64,000 bases of DNA from Rhodocyclales bacterium (GTDB lineage: Bacteria; Pseudomonadota; Gammaproteobacteria; Burkholderiales; Rhodocyclaceae), in the NCBI GenBank assembly GCA_028292485.1, contig JAQGMG010000054.1:18633-82632 (forward strand), in the 5' to 3' direction. The notes beneath the pieces were generated by a model. That model made no database searches. It was not told the origin of the DNA and was given only the letters and a program-made list of their open reading frames with translations. Both the position numbers and the translations under genes were made by a program. This document shows positions 9,494 to 18,126 of this stretch, one piece after another (the stretch's first letter is position 1; the number at the start of each line of letters is the position of its first letter).

Positions 9494-10600
9494 ATGGCAC
9501 TGCCCAGCATCAACCCCGCCAACTACGACGCGCAGCTTGCCGCCAAGCTCGCGCAGTTCAAGGAATCCTTCACACCTTTCGGTCTGCCCCAGCCGGCGGT
9601 GTTCAGTTCGGTGCCGCTGCACTTCCGGCAACGTGCCGAGTTCCGCATCTGGCACGCGGGCGAGGAAATGCACTACGCCATGTTCGACCCGGCCGAACCG
9701 AAGCAGCCGGTGCTCCTGGAAACGTTCCCGGTTGCAGTGGAGTCAATCTGCGAATTGATGCCACGCTTGAAGACGGCACTCCTTGCAAAACCGGAACTGA
9801 AAGACCGTTTATTCCAGGTGAATTTTCTCGCCACACTCTCTGGCGAGATGCTGGTCACGCTGATCTATCACCGCAAGCTGGATGCGGCCTGGGAAATCGC
9901 CGCGCGCGATCTGGCAGCGCAGCTACAGGTGAAGCTGATCGGGCGTAGCCTCAAGCAGAAGATCGTGCTGGAGCGCGACTGGTTGCTCGAAGAAATCGAA
10001 GTGAATGGCAGGCATTTGCGCTACCAGCAGATCGAGGGTTCGTTCTCGCAGCCGAATGCGGGCGTGAATCGGCAGATGCTGGAATGGGCGATAAAGCAGG
10101 CCACCGACGAGGCTCATGGCCAGCCGGGTGGCGGAGATCTGTTGGAGCTGTATTGTGGCAACGGCAATTTCACTGTTGCGCTGGCACCATGTTTCGACAA
10201 GGTGCTGGCCACCGAAATGAGCAAGCCCTCGGTCAAGGCCGCGCAGCATAACCTTGAAGCCAATGGCATAAACAACGTAACGATGGTGCGCATGGCGAGT
10301 GATGAAATCAGCGCCGCCCTGGCACGCGTGCGGCCCTTCACGCGCATGAAGGGCCTCGACCTCGACAGTTACCGCTTCACCACGCTGTTCGTCGACCCAC
10401 CGCGCAGCGGGCTGGACGCGGCCACTGTCGAACTGGCGCGCACATTCGGGCGCATTCTCTACATTTCCTGCAATCCGGAAACCTTGCGTGAAAACGTGGT
10501 CGCGTTGCAGGACACGCATGCCATTTCAGCCGCCGCAGTGTTCGACCAGTTCCCGTACACGCATCACCTGGAATGCGGGCTGCTTTTGACTCGACGCTAG
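9494..10600 (+). CDS. trmA: tRNA (uracil54-C5)-methyltransferase
   Basis: 368-aa ORF with a TrmA-like N-terminus (NPANYDAQLAAKL...), SAM motif ELYCGNGNF and C-terminal DQFPYTHHLECG. Confidence 0.85.
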   Translation: MALPSINPANYDAQLAAKLAQFKESFTPFGLPQPAVFSSVPLHFRQRAEFRIWHAGEEMHYAMFDPAEPKQPVLLETFPVAVESICELMPRLKTALLAKPELKDRLFQVNFLATLSGEMLVTLIYHRKLDAAWEIAARDLAAQLQVKLIGRSLKQKIVLERDWLLEEIEVNGRHLRYQQIEGSFSQPNAGVNRQMLEWAIKQATDEAHGQPGGGDLLELYCGNGNFTVALAPCFDKVLATEMSKPSVKAAQHNLEANGINNVTMVRMASDEISAALARVRPFTRMKGLDLDSYRFTTLFVDPPRSGLDAATVELARTFGRILYISCNPETLRENVVALQDTHAISAAAVFDQFPYTHHLECGLLLTRR

Positions 10601-10620
10601 ATCACCATCATCCGCGAAGA

Positions 10621-10655
10621 CCGGAACCCTGCCATCAAAGCCGCTGGGGTTCCGG
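10621..10655. terminator. hairpin between convergent trmA and the PEP-CTERM gene
   Basis: 9-bp stem ccggaaccc/ggggttccgg. No clear U-tract follows. Confidence 0.4.
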
Positions 10656-10667
10656 CATCCCGCATGG

Positions 10668-11588
10668 TTAGCTGATACGACGCTTTCGGCTGATACCAAC
10701 TAGCAGCAAACCAACCAAGATCATGGAATATGTCTGAGGTTCTGGTACAGGGCTTCCTTCAAAGAAGGAATAGACCCCCGCCTGTGTCACGGTTTCGCCA
10801 TGGAACAGGTCCTGGCTCCCCAGAAAATGCCAATCGCCTAGCATTACGCGACTTGCGTCGAGGAATCGGTAGTAACCTGACACCGTGGGATCATTAGCCT
10901 GATCCTTCAGGAGCATGAGAAAAATCTCTGCTGCCTCGGGAGGCGGAGCGAAAGCCTCCACGCCGATGGATGTTTTGGTGCCCGCCTGGAAATCCTGGAA
11001 ATACATTTCGGCCTGAGTGCCTGCTTCCGTTGTCTTGATCCGCAGATCCAGAACATCGCTTGTCGCGCTGCTGCCGCCAATCGGGCTGAATTGGTCCGTC
11101 AGGCGTACGCTGTAACGCGTTCCCAAGTCAGGTGTGGCGAGATCGAATAGGGCGCCCACCGCGAAGCTGTCGGACAGTCGCAGCGCCGATGTGGCGGGCA
11201 GACCAACAGGGCTGTATCTCAAGCTTTGTAACGTGAGTGGCAAGCCATTGTCAGAAGCGCTGACCACACTCCTTGCCCGGTTAAATTCCAGGATGCTGTC
11301 ATGTTCCGCGCCGGAGAAATTGCCCGACATGCCGTAAGCTACCGTAGTTCCGTTCGATCCAAAGGGTGGCGCTATGCCGTCCCCAAAGCCGTCCGCAAAG
11401 TATTGCTTACCTGCCCATCCATAGACCGCAGGAAAGCTGCCGGGCCCGACACTGAAGTCACTTAGGGCTAAATTGCCGGTGGTATTGCGCCACGCGGAAA
11501 AACTGTCGAGCTGAAAAAACTCAGTTGCCGCCGCAGAAGCGACGAATCCACCGCACGCGATGGCGGCCATAAATTTCCTTAAAGACAT
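10668..11588 (-). CDS. PEP-CTERM-anchored secreted protein
   Basis: ATG at 11588 with a GGGAG RBS. A signal peptide is present, and the C-terminus VPEPQTYSMILVGLLLVGISRKRR is a PEP-CTERM sorting signal. GC is lower than the flanks. Confidence 0.7.
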   Translation of the reverse strand: MSLRKFMAAIACGGFVASAAATEFFQLDSFSAWRNTTGNLALSDFSVGPGSFPAVYGWAGKQYFADGFGDGIAPPFGSNGTTVAYGMSGNFSGAEHDSILEFNRARSVVSASDNGLPLTLQSLRYSPVGLPATSALRLSDSFAVGALFDLATPDLGTRYSVRLTDQFSPIGGSSATSDVLDLRIKTTEAGTQAEMYFQDFQAGTKTSIGVEAFAPPPEAAEIFLMLLKDQANDPTVSGYYRFLDASRVMLGDWHFLGSQDLFHGETVTQAGVYSFFEGSPVPEPQTYSMILVGLLLVGISRKRRIS

Positions 11589-11909
11589 TTTCTTGCTCCC
11601 TGACATGCTCAATTAATAAAGACTTACCAATATGTAGTCGCGCGATGATACTAGGGTGGTCAGTGTTTACTAGTATGACTTTTGACTATTTATTCATGCC
11701 TGGATCGAAATAATAAATACTGTGTGATATTTCACCAGGCCCCTCGAAATATTTTGACAATCGCCATGCCCTTTGTTAACGAGCGCTGAAGTTTCGAACG
11801 CGCCCTTCATTACGGGGCGAGTGTCATGCTTCAATTCGGCGATCGTGACGTTGCGAATCTTTTGCCGCTTTCGCAGTCACACGCGTACCCGCCTGATAGG
11901 GGATCGGTC

Positions 11910-12332
11910 ATGCTCATCGTTTGCCCACACTGCCAGACCATCAATCGCGTACCTGCCGAACGCAGCGCCAATGATCCTGTCTGCGCCAAATGCAAGAACG
12001 CCTTGCTCGACGGCCATCCCGTCGAACTCACCGACACCAATTTCGACCGTTTCATCGCTCGTACGGAAATGCCCATCGTCGTCGATTTCTGGGCCGCCTG
12101 GTGCGGCCCCTGCCAGATGATGGCGCCGCATTTCAAACAGGCGGCCGAGCGCTTCAAGGGGCGCGCGAGCTTTGCCAAGGTCGATAGCGACAATAATCCG
12201 CGAGCGGCGGCGCGCTTCGGCATCCGCAGCTTGCCGACGCTGCTGCTGTTGCGCGGCGGGCAGGAGGTCAAACGTCAGCCGGGCGCGGTGCAGACACCGC
12301 AGATCGTGGCCTGGGTGGAGGCCGGACTGTAA
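11910..12332 (+). CDS. trxC: thioredoxin 2 (zinc-finger thioredoxin)
   Basis: N-terminal CPHC...CAKC zinc finger followed by WCGPC active site, 140 aa. Confidence 0.85.
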   Translation: MLIVCPHCQTINRVPAERSANDPVCAKCKNALLDGHPVELTDTNFDRFIARTEMPIVVDFWAAWCGPCQMMAPHFKQAAERFKGRASFAKVDSDNNPRAAARFGIRSLPTLLLLRGGQEVKRQPGAVQTPQIVAWVEAGL

Positions 12333-12348
12333 CGGCCGCCCATAGCCG

Positions 12349-12361
12349 AATTCAAAAGCAA
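12349..12361 (+). promoter_or_regulatory. candidate Ada box (AAT-N6-GCAA)
   Basis: AATTCAAAAGCAA lies about 75 nt upstream of the ada ATG and matches the AAT(N6)GCAA pattern described for Ada-activated promoters. Confidence 0.3.
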
Positions 12362-12434
12362 GCAGCGGAGTGCGACGGTCTGGCTCGATAGGTAGATTGC
12401 AAGTCATCATGCAGATCATCGGAAGGAACGGATC

Positions 12435-13571
12435 ATGAAGACTTCAAGCAGAAACACAGAGCTCGCTGCCGCAACCCTGAACGACCCGCGCTGGGCAGCC
12501 GTGCTGGCGCGTGACTCGGCAGCGGATGGCACATTCTACTTTTCCGTGAAAACCACGGGCGTCTATTGCCGCCCTTCCTGCGCGGCCCGCCCCGCCTTGC
12601 CGCAGAACGTTGCCTTTCATGCGACATGTGAAGACGCCGAGCGGGCCGGCTTCCGCCCCTGCAAACGCTGCAAGCCCGATCAGCCGGCGCTCGCCGAGCA
12701 GCACGCGGAGAAGGTGACGGAAGCGTGTCGCCTCATCGAGCAATCGGTTTCGGCGGCAAGCGCAGTGCCAAGTCTCGACGAACTGGCCGCACGCGTCGGG
12801 CTGAGCGCGTATCACTTTCATCGCCTGTTCAAATCCATCACGGGCGTCACGCCGAAAGCCTATGCAACTGCCCAGCGCGCGACACGCGTGCGCAAGGAAT
12901 TGGGCCGCGGCGGCAGCGTGACGGAGGCGATCTTCGATGCAGGCTACAACTCGAATGGCCGCTTCTATGCAGAGTCGAACGACGTACTCGGCATGACGCC
13001 GACGAAGTACCGCGCTGGCGGCGTGGATGCGCAAATCCGTTTCGCCGTGGGCGAGTGCTCGCTCGGCGCGATTCTCGTCGCGCAAAGCGAGCGTGGTATT
13101 TGCGCGGTGCTCATCGGCGACGACGCAGATCTGCTGGTGCGTGATCTGCAAGACCGTTTTCCGCGCGCCAACCTGGTCGGCGGTGATGCCGATTTCGAAA
13201 AAATGGTGGCGAAGGTCGTGGGCTTCATCGAAGCGCCGGCGCTGGGTCTCGACCTGCCACTGGATGTGCGCGGTACCGCTTTCCAGCAAAGAGTGTGGCA
13301 GGCCCTGCGCGAGATTCCGCCGGGGCAGACCGTCAGCTATACCGAACTTGCCAAACGCATAGGCCTGCCGAAAGCAGTGCGCGCCGTAGCTGGCGCCTGC
13401 GCCGCGAATGCGATTGCGGTGCTGATTCCCTGCCACCGCGTAGTGCGTAACGACGGAGCCTTGTCGGGCTATCGTTGGGGAGTCGAACGCAAACGTGTGC
13501 TGATCGACAAGGAAGCGAAGGAAGCGGGCAAGGCCGTGCAGACGACGACAACGCGCAAGGTACCAGCGTGA
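12435..13571 (+). CDS. ada: bifunctional Ada: methylphosphotriester-DNA methyltransferase / AraC-type activator / O6-methylguanine-DNA methyltransferase
   Basis: N-terminal Cys4 region (YCRPSCAARP...PCKRCKP), an AraC HTH (LSAYHFHRLFK), and the C-terminal IPCHRVV active site. Confidence 0.9.
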   Translation: MKTSSRNTELAAATLNDPRWAAVLARDSAADGTFYFSVKTTGVYCRPSCAARPALPQNVAFHATCEDAERAGFRPCKRCKPDQPALAEQHAEKVTEACRLIEQSVSAASAVPSLDELAARVGLSAYHFHRLFKSITGVTPKAYATAQRATRVRKELGRGGSVTEAIFDAGYNSNGRFYAESNDVLGMTPTKYRAGGVDAQIRFAVGECSLGAILVAQSERGICAVLIGDDADLLVRDLQDRFPRANLVGGDADFEKMVAKVVGFIEAPALGLDLPLDVRGTAFQQRVWQALREIPPGQTVSYTELAKRIGLPKAVRAVAGACAANAIAVLIPCHRVVRNDGALSGYRWGVERKRVLIDKEAKEAGKAVQTTTTRKVPA

Positions 13572-14317
13572 TGTTGATGGAGGAGGAAGTTCTTCGTATC
13601 AACTCGCCGGAAGCAATCATGTGCCACGCCGCAGCGCTCGATTGGTCGCGCATTGCGCAAGACCTGGACATGCGTGGATGCGCGCTGATCGAGAGTCTTC
13701 TCGATCGCGTCTCGTGCGAAGCGTTGGCGGACATGTATACGCAAACAAACATTTTCCGCAGCCGTGTCGTGATGGAGCGCCACGGTTTTGGCCGTGGCGA
13801 ATACAAGTACTTCAGCTATCCCTTGCCTGACGTCGTGGCGGCATTGCGCACGGCGTTTTATCCACACCTGGTTCCGATTGCCAATCGCTGGAATACGCTG
13901 ATGGGAATCGATGCTCCGTACCCGGAAGCTCATGCCGATTTCATGAAGAATTGCCACACGGCTGGCCAGCTACGCCCGACACCGCTGCTCCTGCAATACG
14001 GTGCGGATGACTACAACTGCCTGCATCAGGACTTGTATGGCGAGCATGTGTTTCCCTTGCAAGCCGCCATCCTGCTGTCAGAACCGCAACGTGATTTCAC
14101 GGGCGGCGAATTCGTTCTGACCGAGCAAAGACCGCGCATGCAGTCACGGCCCGAAGTCGTGCCCTTGCGTCAGGGCGATGCCGTGGTGTTCGCCGTGCAT
14201 CATCGACCGGTGCAAGGCGCGCGCGGGTCGTATCGTGTGAACATGCGACATGGGGTAAGCCGCGTACGATCAGGACATCGGCATACGCTCGGCATCATCT
14301 TTCATGACGCCATCTGA
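13571..14317 (+). CDS. 2OG-Fe(II) oxygenase of the ada-operon-associated family
   Basis: ATG overlaps the ada TGA (tgATG at 13569-13573). Contains YNCLHQDLYGEHVFPLQ, FTGGEFVLTEQRPRMQSR and RHTLGIIFHDA. Confidence 0.8.
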   Translation: MLMEEEVLRINSPEAIMCHAAALDWSRIAQDLDMRGCALIESLLDRVSCEALADMYTQTNIFRSRVVMERHGFGRGEYKYFSYPLPDVVAALRTAFYPHLVPIANRWNTLMGIDAPYPEAHADFMKNCHTAGQLRPTPLLLQYGADDYNCLHQDLYGEHVFPLQAAILLSEPQRDFTGGEFVLTEQRPRMQSRPEVVPLRQGDAVVFAVHHRPVQGARGSYRVNMRHGVSRVRSGHRHTLGIIFHDAI

Positions 14318-14331
14318 AACACGATACTGAG

Positions 14332-14985
14332 ATGACACTGAGTCTCTTCGGCAACGCGGACGACGATCAGACCTGGCGCGAAGAACTCGCGCCAGGCGCC
14401 GTCGTGTTGCGCGGGTTTGCGCTGCCTGACGAAACCGGACTGGTCGCCGCCATCGATGCCGTCACGACACAGTCGCCATTCCGCAACATGGAGACACCGG
14501 GCGGCTATCGCATGTCCGTTGCCATGAGTGGTTGCGGCGAGTACGCCTGGGTGACGGACACTTCAGGCTATCGTTACCAGTCGATGGACCCGATGACAGG
14601 CAAGCCCTGGCCGTCCATGCCGGCGGTCTTTCGCAGTCTGGCCGAGCGGGCTGCGATGCGTGCTGGTTTCGAGGGCTTTGCGCCCGACTCCTGCCTCATC
14701 AATCGCTACGAAATTGGCGCGCGCATGTCGCTGCACCAGGACAAGAACGAGAAGGATTTCAACGCCCCTATCGTCTCCGTATCACTCGGCTTGCCGGCGG
14801 TATTTCTCTTCGGCGGTTTGAACAGATCAGACAAGTCCTTGCGCGTTCAGCTTGCACACGGCGACGTCGTCGTATGGGGCGGTCCGGCACGATTGCGTTA
14901 TCACGGCGTCATGCCGCTTGCGGCGGGCGTGCATCCGCTAATGGGCGCGCAGCGGATCAACCTGACGTTTCGCAAGGTGGCGTAA
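14332..14985 (+). CDS. alkB: DNA oxidative demethylase AlkB
   Basis: Contains SLHQDKNE...PIVSVSLGLPAVFLFGG and RINLTFRKV, typical of AlkB. Confidence 0.9.
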   Translation: MTLSLFGNADDDQTWREELAPGAVVLRGFALPDETGLVAAIDAVTTQSPFRNMETPGGYRMSVAMSGCGEYAWVTDTSGYRYQSMDPMTGKPWPSMPAVFRSLAERAAMRAGFEGFAPDSCLINRYEIGARMSLHQDKNEKDFNAPIVSVSLGLPAVFLFGGLNRSDKSLRVQLAHGDVVVWGGPARLRYHGVMPLAAGVHPLMGAQRINLTFRKVA

Positions 14986-14995
14986 ATCCGTAGCC

Positions 14996-15765
14996 GTAGT
15001 GTGTGCAAAGGCTTTTCTTTGCGCACGCGGAGTATGGTGGTGCGCAACGCTTCGCGTTTCAGCGCCCTACAAAGTAAATGCGTAGGACATAATCTGATTT
15101 TCCTTCGCGGATCGATCATGTCGAACTATCGCCGCTCCAATGTCACGGGCGCCACGTTCTTCTTCACCGTGGTCATGCACCGCCGCCAGCGGATCCTGAC
15201 CGACGAAGCCATGCGGCACGCCTTGCGCGACGCGGTGCAGCGCGTGCGCGATCGATATCCCTTCTCTGTCGATGCCTGGGTGCTGTTGCCGGATCACTTG
15301 CACTGTATATGGACGTTGCCGCCCGGAGACGCGGATTTTGGTCAGCGTTGGAGTTGGATCAAGAGATTGGTGACGCGCGTGGTGGCGGCTCAATACGAGC
15401 GGCTGGATTGGCGCAATGCCTCACGCATTACCCGACGTGAATCGACGATCTGGCAACGCCGATTCTGGGAGCATCAGATCCGCGATGATGCCGACTATGC
15501 AGCGCATATGGATTATGCGCATTTCAACCCGGTGAAACACGGACTTGTATGCTCAGTGGCAGATTGGCCTCATTCCACCTTCCATCGACTGGTGCGGGAA
15601 GGTGTCTATCCGGCGGATTGGGCAGGTAGTGAGGCTTTGGAGCTGGATTTTGATGAATAAGTACGTATATGTCGATGAACGCGGTGCGCAACGCTGCGCG
15701 TTTCACACCCTACGACGTGTAAGTAACAAGTAGGGTGCGCAAAGGCTTTTCTTTGCGCACGCGGA
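14996..15765 (+). mobile_element. REP-RAYT unit: tyrosine transposase gene flanked by inverted REP doublets
   Basis: GTAG(G/T)-headed REP hairpins lie in opposing orientation at 14996-15070 and 15683-15765, on both sides of the RAYT ORF. Confidence 0.8.
15118..15660 (+). CDS. REP-associated tyrosine transposase (RAYT, IS200/IS605 Y1-like)
   Basis: ATG at 15118. HUH motif LPDHLHCIW and the catalytic Tyr region YAHFNPVKHGL are present. Confidence 0.85.
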   Translation: MSNYRRSNVTGATFFFTVVMHRRQRILTDEAMRHALRDAVQRVRDRYPFSVDAWVLLPDHLHCIWTLPPGDADFGQRWSWIKRLVTRVVAAQYERLDWRNASRITRRESTIWQRRFWEHQIRDDADYAAHMDYAHFNPVKHGLVCSVADWPHSTFHRLVREGVYPADWAGSEALELDFDE

Positions 15766-15770
15766 ACAGG

Positions 15771-16997
15771 CTAGCGATACAGCAAGAAAGCCTCGCGCTC
15801 GGCGGCCCAGCTTGTTTCGTCGGGCAACGTCAGAGCATCAAGATCAGCCGGTGTGCTCGTCAGGTCGTCTACCCATTCGCGCAACAACGGCGAGCCATTG
15901 ATGAGGTCAATCGCCAAGCGATTGAATTCGTATTCATAGGGGAAATCGCGCCACAACGGGTAATCCGGTTGCAAGTTGCGCAGCGCCTTGAAGGCCAGCG
16001 CCTGCAAGCGCCAGGGGCGGAAGGCGGCGTGATCGTAGGCGGTATCTTCGACGTGGATCTGGATGCCATTGCATTGCTTGCCCGCATGCTTATGGAATGT
16101 CGGCTCGAACCAGCATTCGCGCAGCCGGCAACCTTGCAGCCACTGCGGGGCGAGGCGTTGCATCTCGGTCAGTAGCGCACGGGCGTCGATGTCCGGTGCA
16201 CCGAAAAGCTCCAGTGGCCGCGTCGTGCCGCGACCTTCGGAAAGCGTCACGCCTTCGAGCATGACGGTGCCGGCATAGGCACGCGCCATCGAGAGGTTCG
16301 CCGCGTTGGGGCTCGGGTTCACCCAGTTGCGCTCGCCCACCGGCCAGCCATGACCGGGTGCCGTATCGGGCTGCCAGCCTTGCATGGCGATCACCTGGTA
16401 CTCGAGCTTCAAGCCGAGCTGTGCGATGAACCAGTGACCCAGCTCGCCCATTGTCAGACCGTGACGCATCGGCATCGGGCCAGCGCCGACGAAGCTTTCC
16501 CAGCCTTCGCGCAAGCGCAGGCCTTCGATGGGGCGACCGGCGGGGTTGGGGCGATCCAGCACCCATACCGCTTTGCCATGCGCGGCGGCGGCTTCAAGCA
16601 CATATCGCAATGTCGTGATGAAGGTGTAGATGCGACAACCCAGGTCCTGCAGGTCGACCAGCAGTACGTCGAATGTCGCCATCATTTCATCAGTCGGCCT
16701 GCGCACCTCACCATACAGGCTGAACACCGGGATGCCGTGCTGCGGGTCGCGGTAGTCGGGCGACTCCATCATGTTGTCCTGCTTGTCGCCGCGCAAGCCG
16801 TGCTGGGGGCCGAAAGCCGCGCTGAGCGTGATCTCGGGCAGCGGCGCGAGGGCGTCGATGGCGTGGGTGAGATCGTGGGTGACGGAAGCCGGGTGTGCCA
16901 GCAGCGCGATGCGGCGACCGGCGAGCGGCGCGCGCAAGGCGGGTTCGGCGATCAGGCGGTCGAGGCCGAAAAGTACGCTGGAAACAGTGTGGGTCAT
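15771..16997 (-). CDS. DUF1343 / NamZ-like exo-beta-N-acetylmuramidase family protein
   Basis: 408-aa ORF with LLAHPASV, GPQHGLRGD and VLLVDLQDLGCRIYTF segments typical of DUF1343. Confidence 0.8.
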   Translation of the reverse strand: MTHTVSSVLFGLDRLIAEPALRAPLAGRRIALLAHPASVTHDLTHAIDALAPLPEITLSAAFGPQHGLRGDKQDNMMESPDYRDPQHGIPVFSLYGEVRRPTDEMMATFDVLLVDLQDLGCRIYTFITTLRYVLEAAAAHGKAVWVLDRPNPAGRPIEGLRLREGWESFVGAGPMPMRHGLTMGELGHWFIAQLGLKLEYQVIAMQGWQPDTAPGHGWPVGERNWVNPSPNAANLSMARAYAGTVMLEGVTLSEGRGTTRPLELFGAPDIDARALLTEMQRLAPQWLQGCRLRECWFEPTFHKHAGKQCNGIQIHVEDTAYDHAAFRPWRLQALAFKALRNLQPDYPLWRDFPYEYEFNRLAIDLINGSPLLREWVDDLTSTPADLDALTLPDETSWAAEREAFLLYR

Positions 16998-17557
16998 GGC
17001 GTGTCTTGGGATGCAAGGCGCAGCGTGAAGCTTGCGCGCTGATGGAAATCGGGCTGATCGCTGCGGTGAGTCAGTGCCCAGTAGCTAAGCGCGTCGTCGT
17101 TGGCTTCGATGACAGCGGTCAGACCAATATGCAAATTGGCTGACCTGGTCGGTAGCAATGCGGCCGGAATTGACGCTTCCAACGTAAAGCCATCGGCTGC
17201 GCTGCGCAGTGTCGTGAGCGGTGCTTGTACCGGCCGCCAGGTTGCGTCGCGTTGGCGGTAATCCGTAAAGGCATACGCAGCCCATTGCCCGCTTGGCGAG
17301 AAATTGAATTCGCGATAGGCAGATGATTCGCTGGTGCCGACGAAGGCCTCGAAGCAGGTATGCCGCCATAGCTCGTCGGCAAAGTCGGCGTGCGTGGGCG
17401 CAGGGATGCGTAAGCCATTCGCCGCGCCTTTCAGTTCAAAGCGCAGTTGCAGCAAGCCATCGGCCATCGCGCAGCTTGCGCGCAGCAAAGAGACGGCAGG
17501 GCAGTTGCTGACGGTATGGCACTGCAGGTCGGAGGAGTGGGCCACGGATATGCGCAA
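16994..17557 (-). CDS. DOMON-like / CBM9-like domain protein
   Basis: 187-aa ORF whose stop overlaps the DUF1343 start (ATGA at 16994-16997). The segment LWRHTCFEAFV...YREFNFSPSGQWAAYAF resembles DOMON-like proteins. Confidence 0.5.
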   Translation of the reverse strand: MRISVAHSSDLQCHTVSNCPAVSLLRASCAMADGLLQLRFELKGAANGLRIPAPTHADFADELWRHTCFEAFVGTSESSAYREFNFSPSGQWAAYAFTDYRQRDATWRPVQAPLTTLRSAADGFTLEASIPAALLPTRSANLHIGLTAVIEANDDALSYWALTHRSDQPDFHQRASFTLRLASQDTP

Positions 17558-17623
17558 GGCGTCGGGAAGTCGGTACTGTACCGAATCGACGCGAGGCTGA
17601 GGGAACTGCGAATGGCGTAGCCA

Positions 17624-18046
17624 CTACGCAACCGGTTTGCCTTCATTGAGCGCCAGCCAGCCCTTGATGATGCGATACACCGCCCACAGACCGACCAGGC
17701 CGAAGACTAGCCAGTTGATGAAGAAGCCGACCAGCACGAAGTAGAGCGCAATGCCGATAAGCATCACCACGGCGCAACGCCAGAAAGTATCTGCCTGCCA
17801 GATGAAATGGCTTTCGAGAAACGTGCCTTTCAATTCATCGCGCTTCACGTAGTTGATGATGATGGCGATGATCGAGGTCCAGCCGAACACGAAGGCGCCG
17901 ATCATCGTTGCAGCCTGGGACCACGCACCGACAACAAGACCGATGGCGTGCAGCAGGTAGAGGATGTGCGTCAGCTGTACCTGCCCCGGCGTGGCGGCTA
18001 CCACCACGCTGCCGTCAATCACATCCAGAGTGTTCTCGTCACGCAT
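17624..18046 (-). CDS. small integral membrane protein, unknown function
   Basis: 140-aa ORF with a GGAGAA RBS and 3-4 predicted TM helices. Confidence 0.55.
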   Translation of the reverse strand: MRDENTLDVIDGSVVVAATPGQVQLTHILYLLHAIGLVVGAWSQAATMIGAFVFGWTSIIAIIINYVKRDELKGTFLESHFIWQADTFWRCAVVMLIGIALYFVLVGFFINWLVFGLVGLWAVYRIIKGWLALNEGKPVA

Positions 18047-18126
18047 CTCGTTCTCCTGGTTCGTCCTTTATCGCCATGAGCATTCGCAACGCGCGTGCCT
18101 GGCAGGCGTGTTGCAATAATCAACGT

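Noticed and set aside
8438-9673. 411-aa minus-strand ORF spanning the slyB-like, FMN-reductase and trmA regions.
   Set aside because: It lies antisense to three well-supported genes and has an Arg/Ala/His-rich composition typical of shadow ORFs in GC-rich DNA. The same reasoning applies to 7390..8422, 12444..13436 and 9923..10519.
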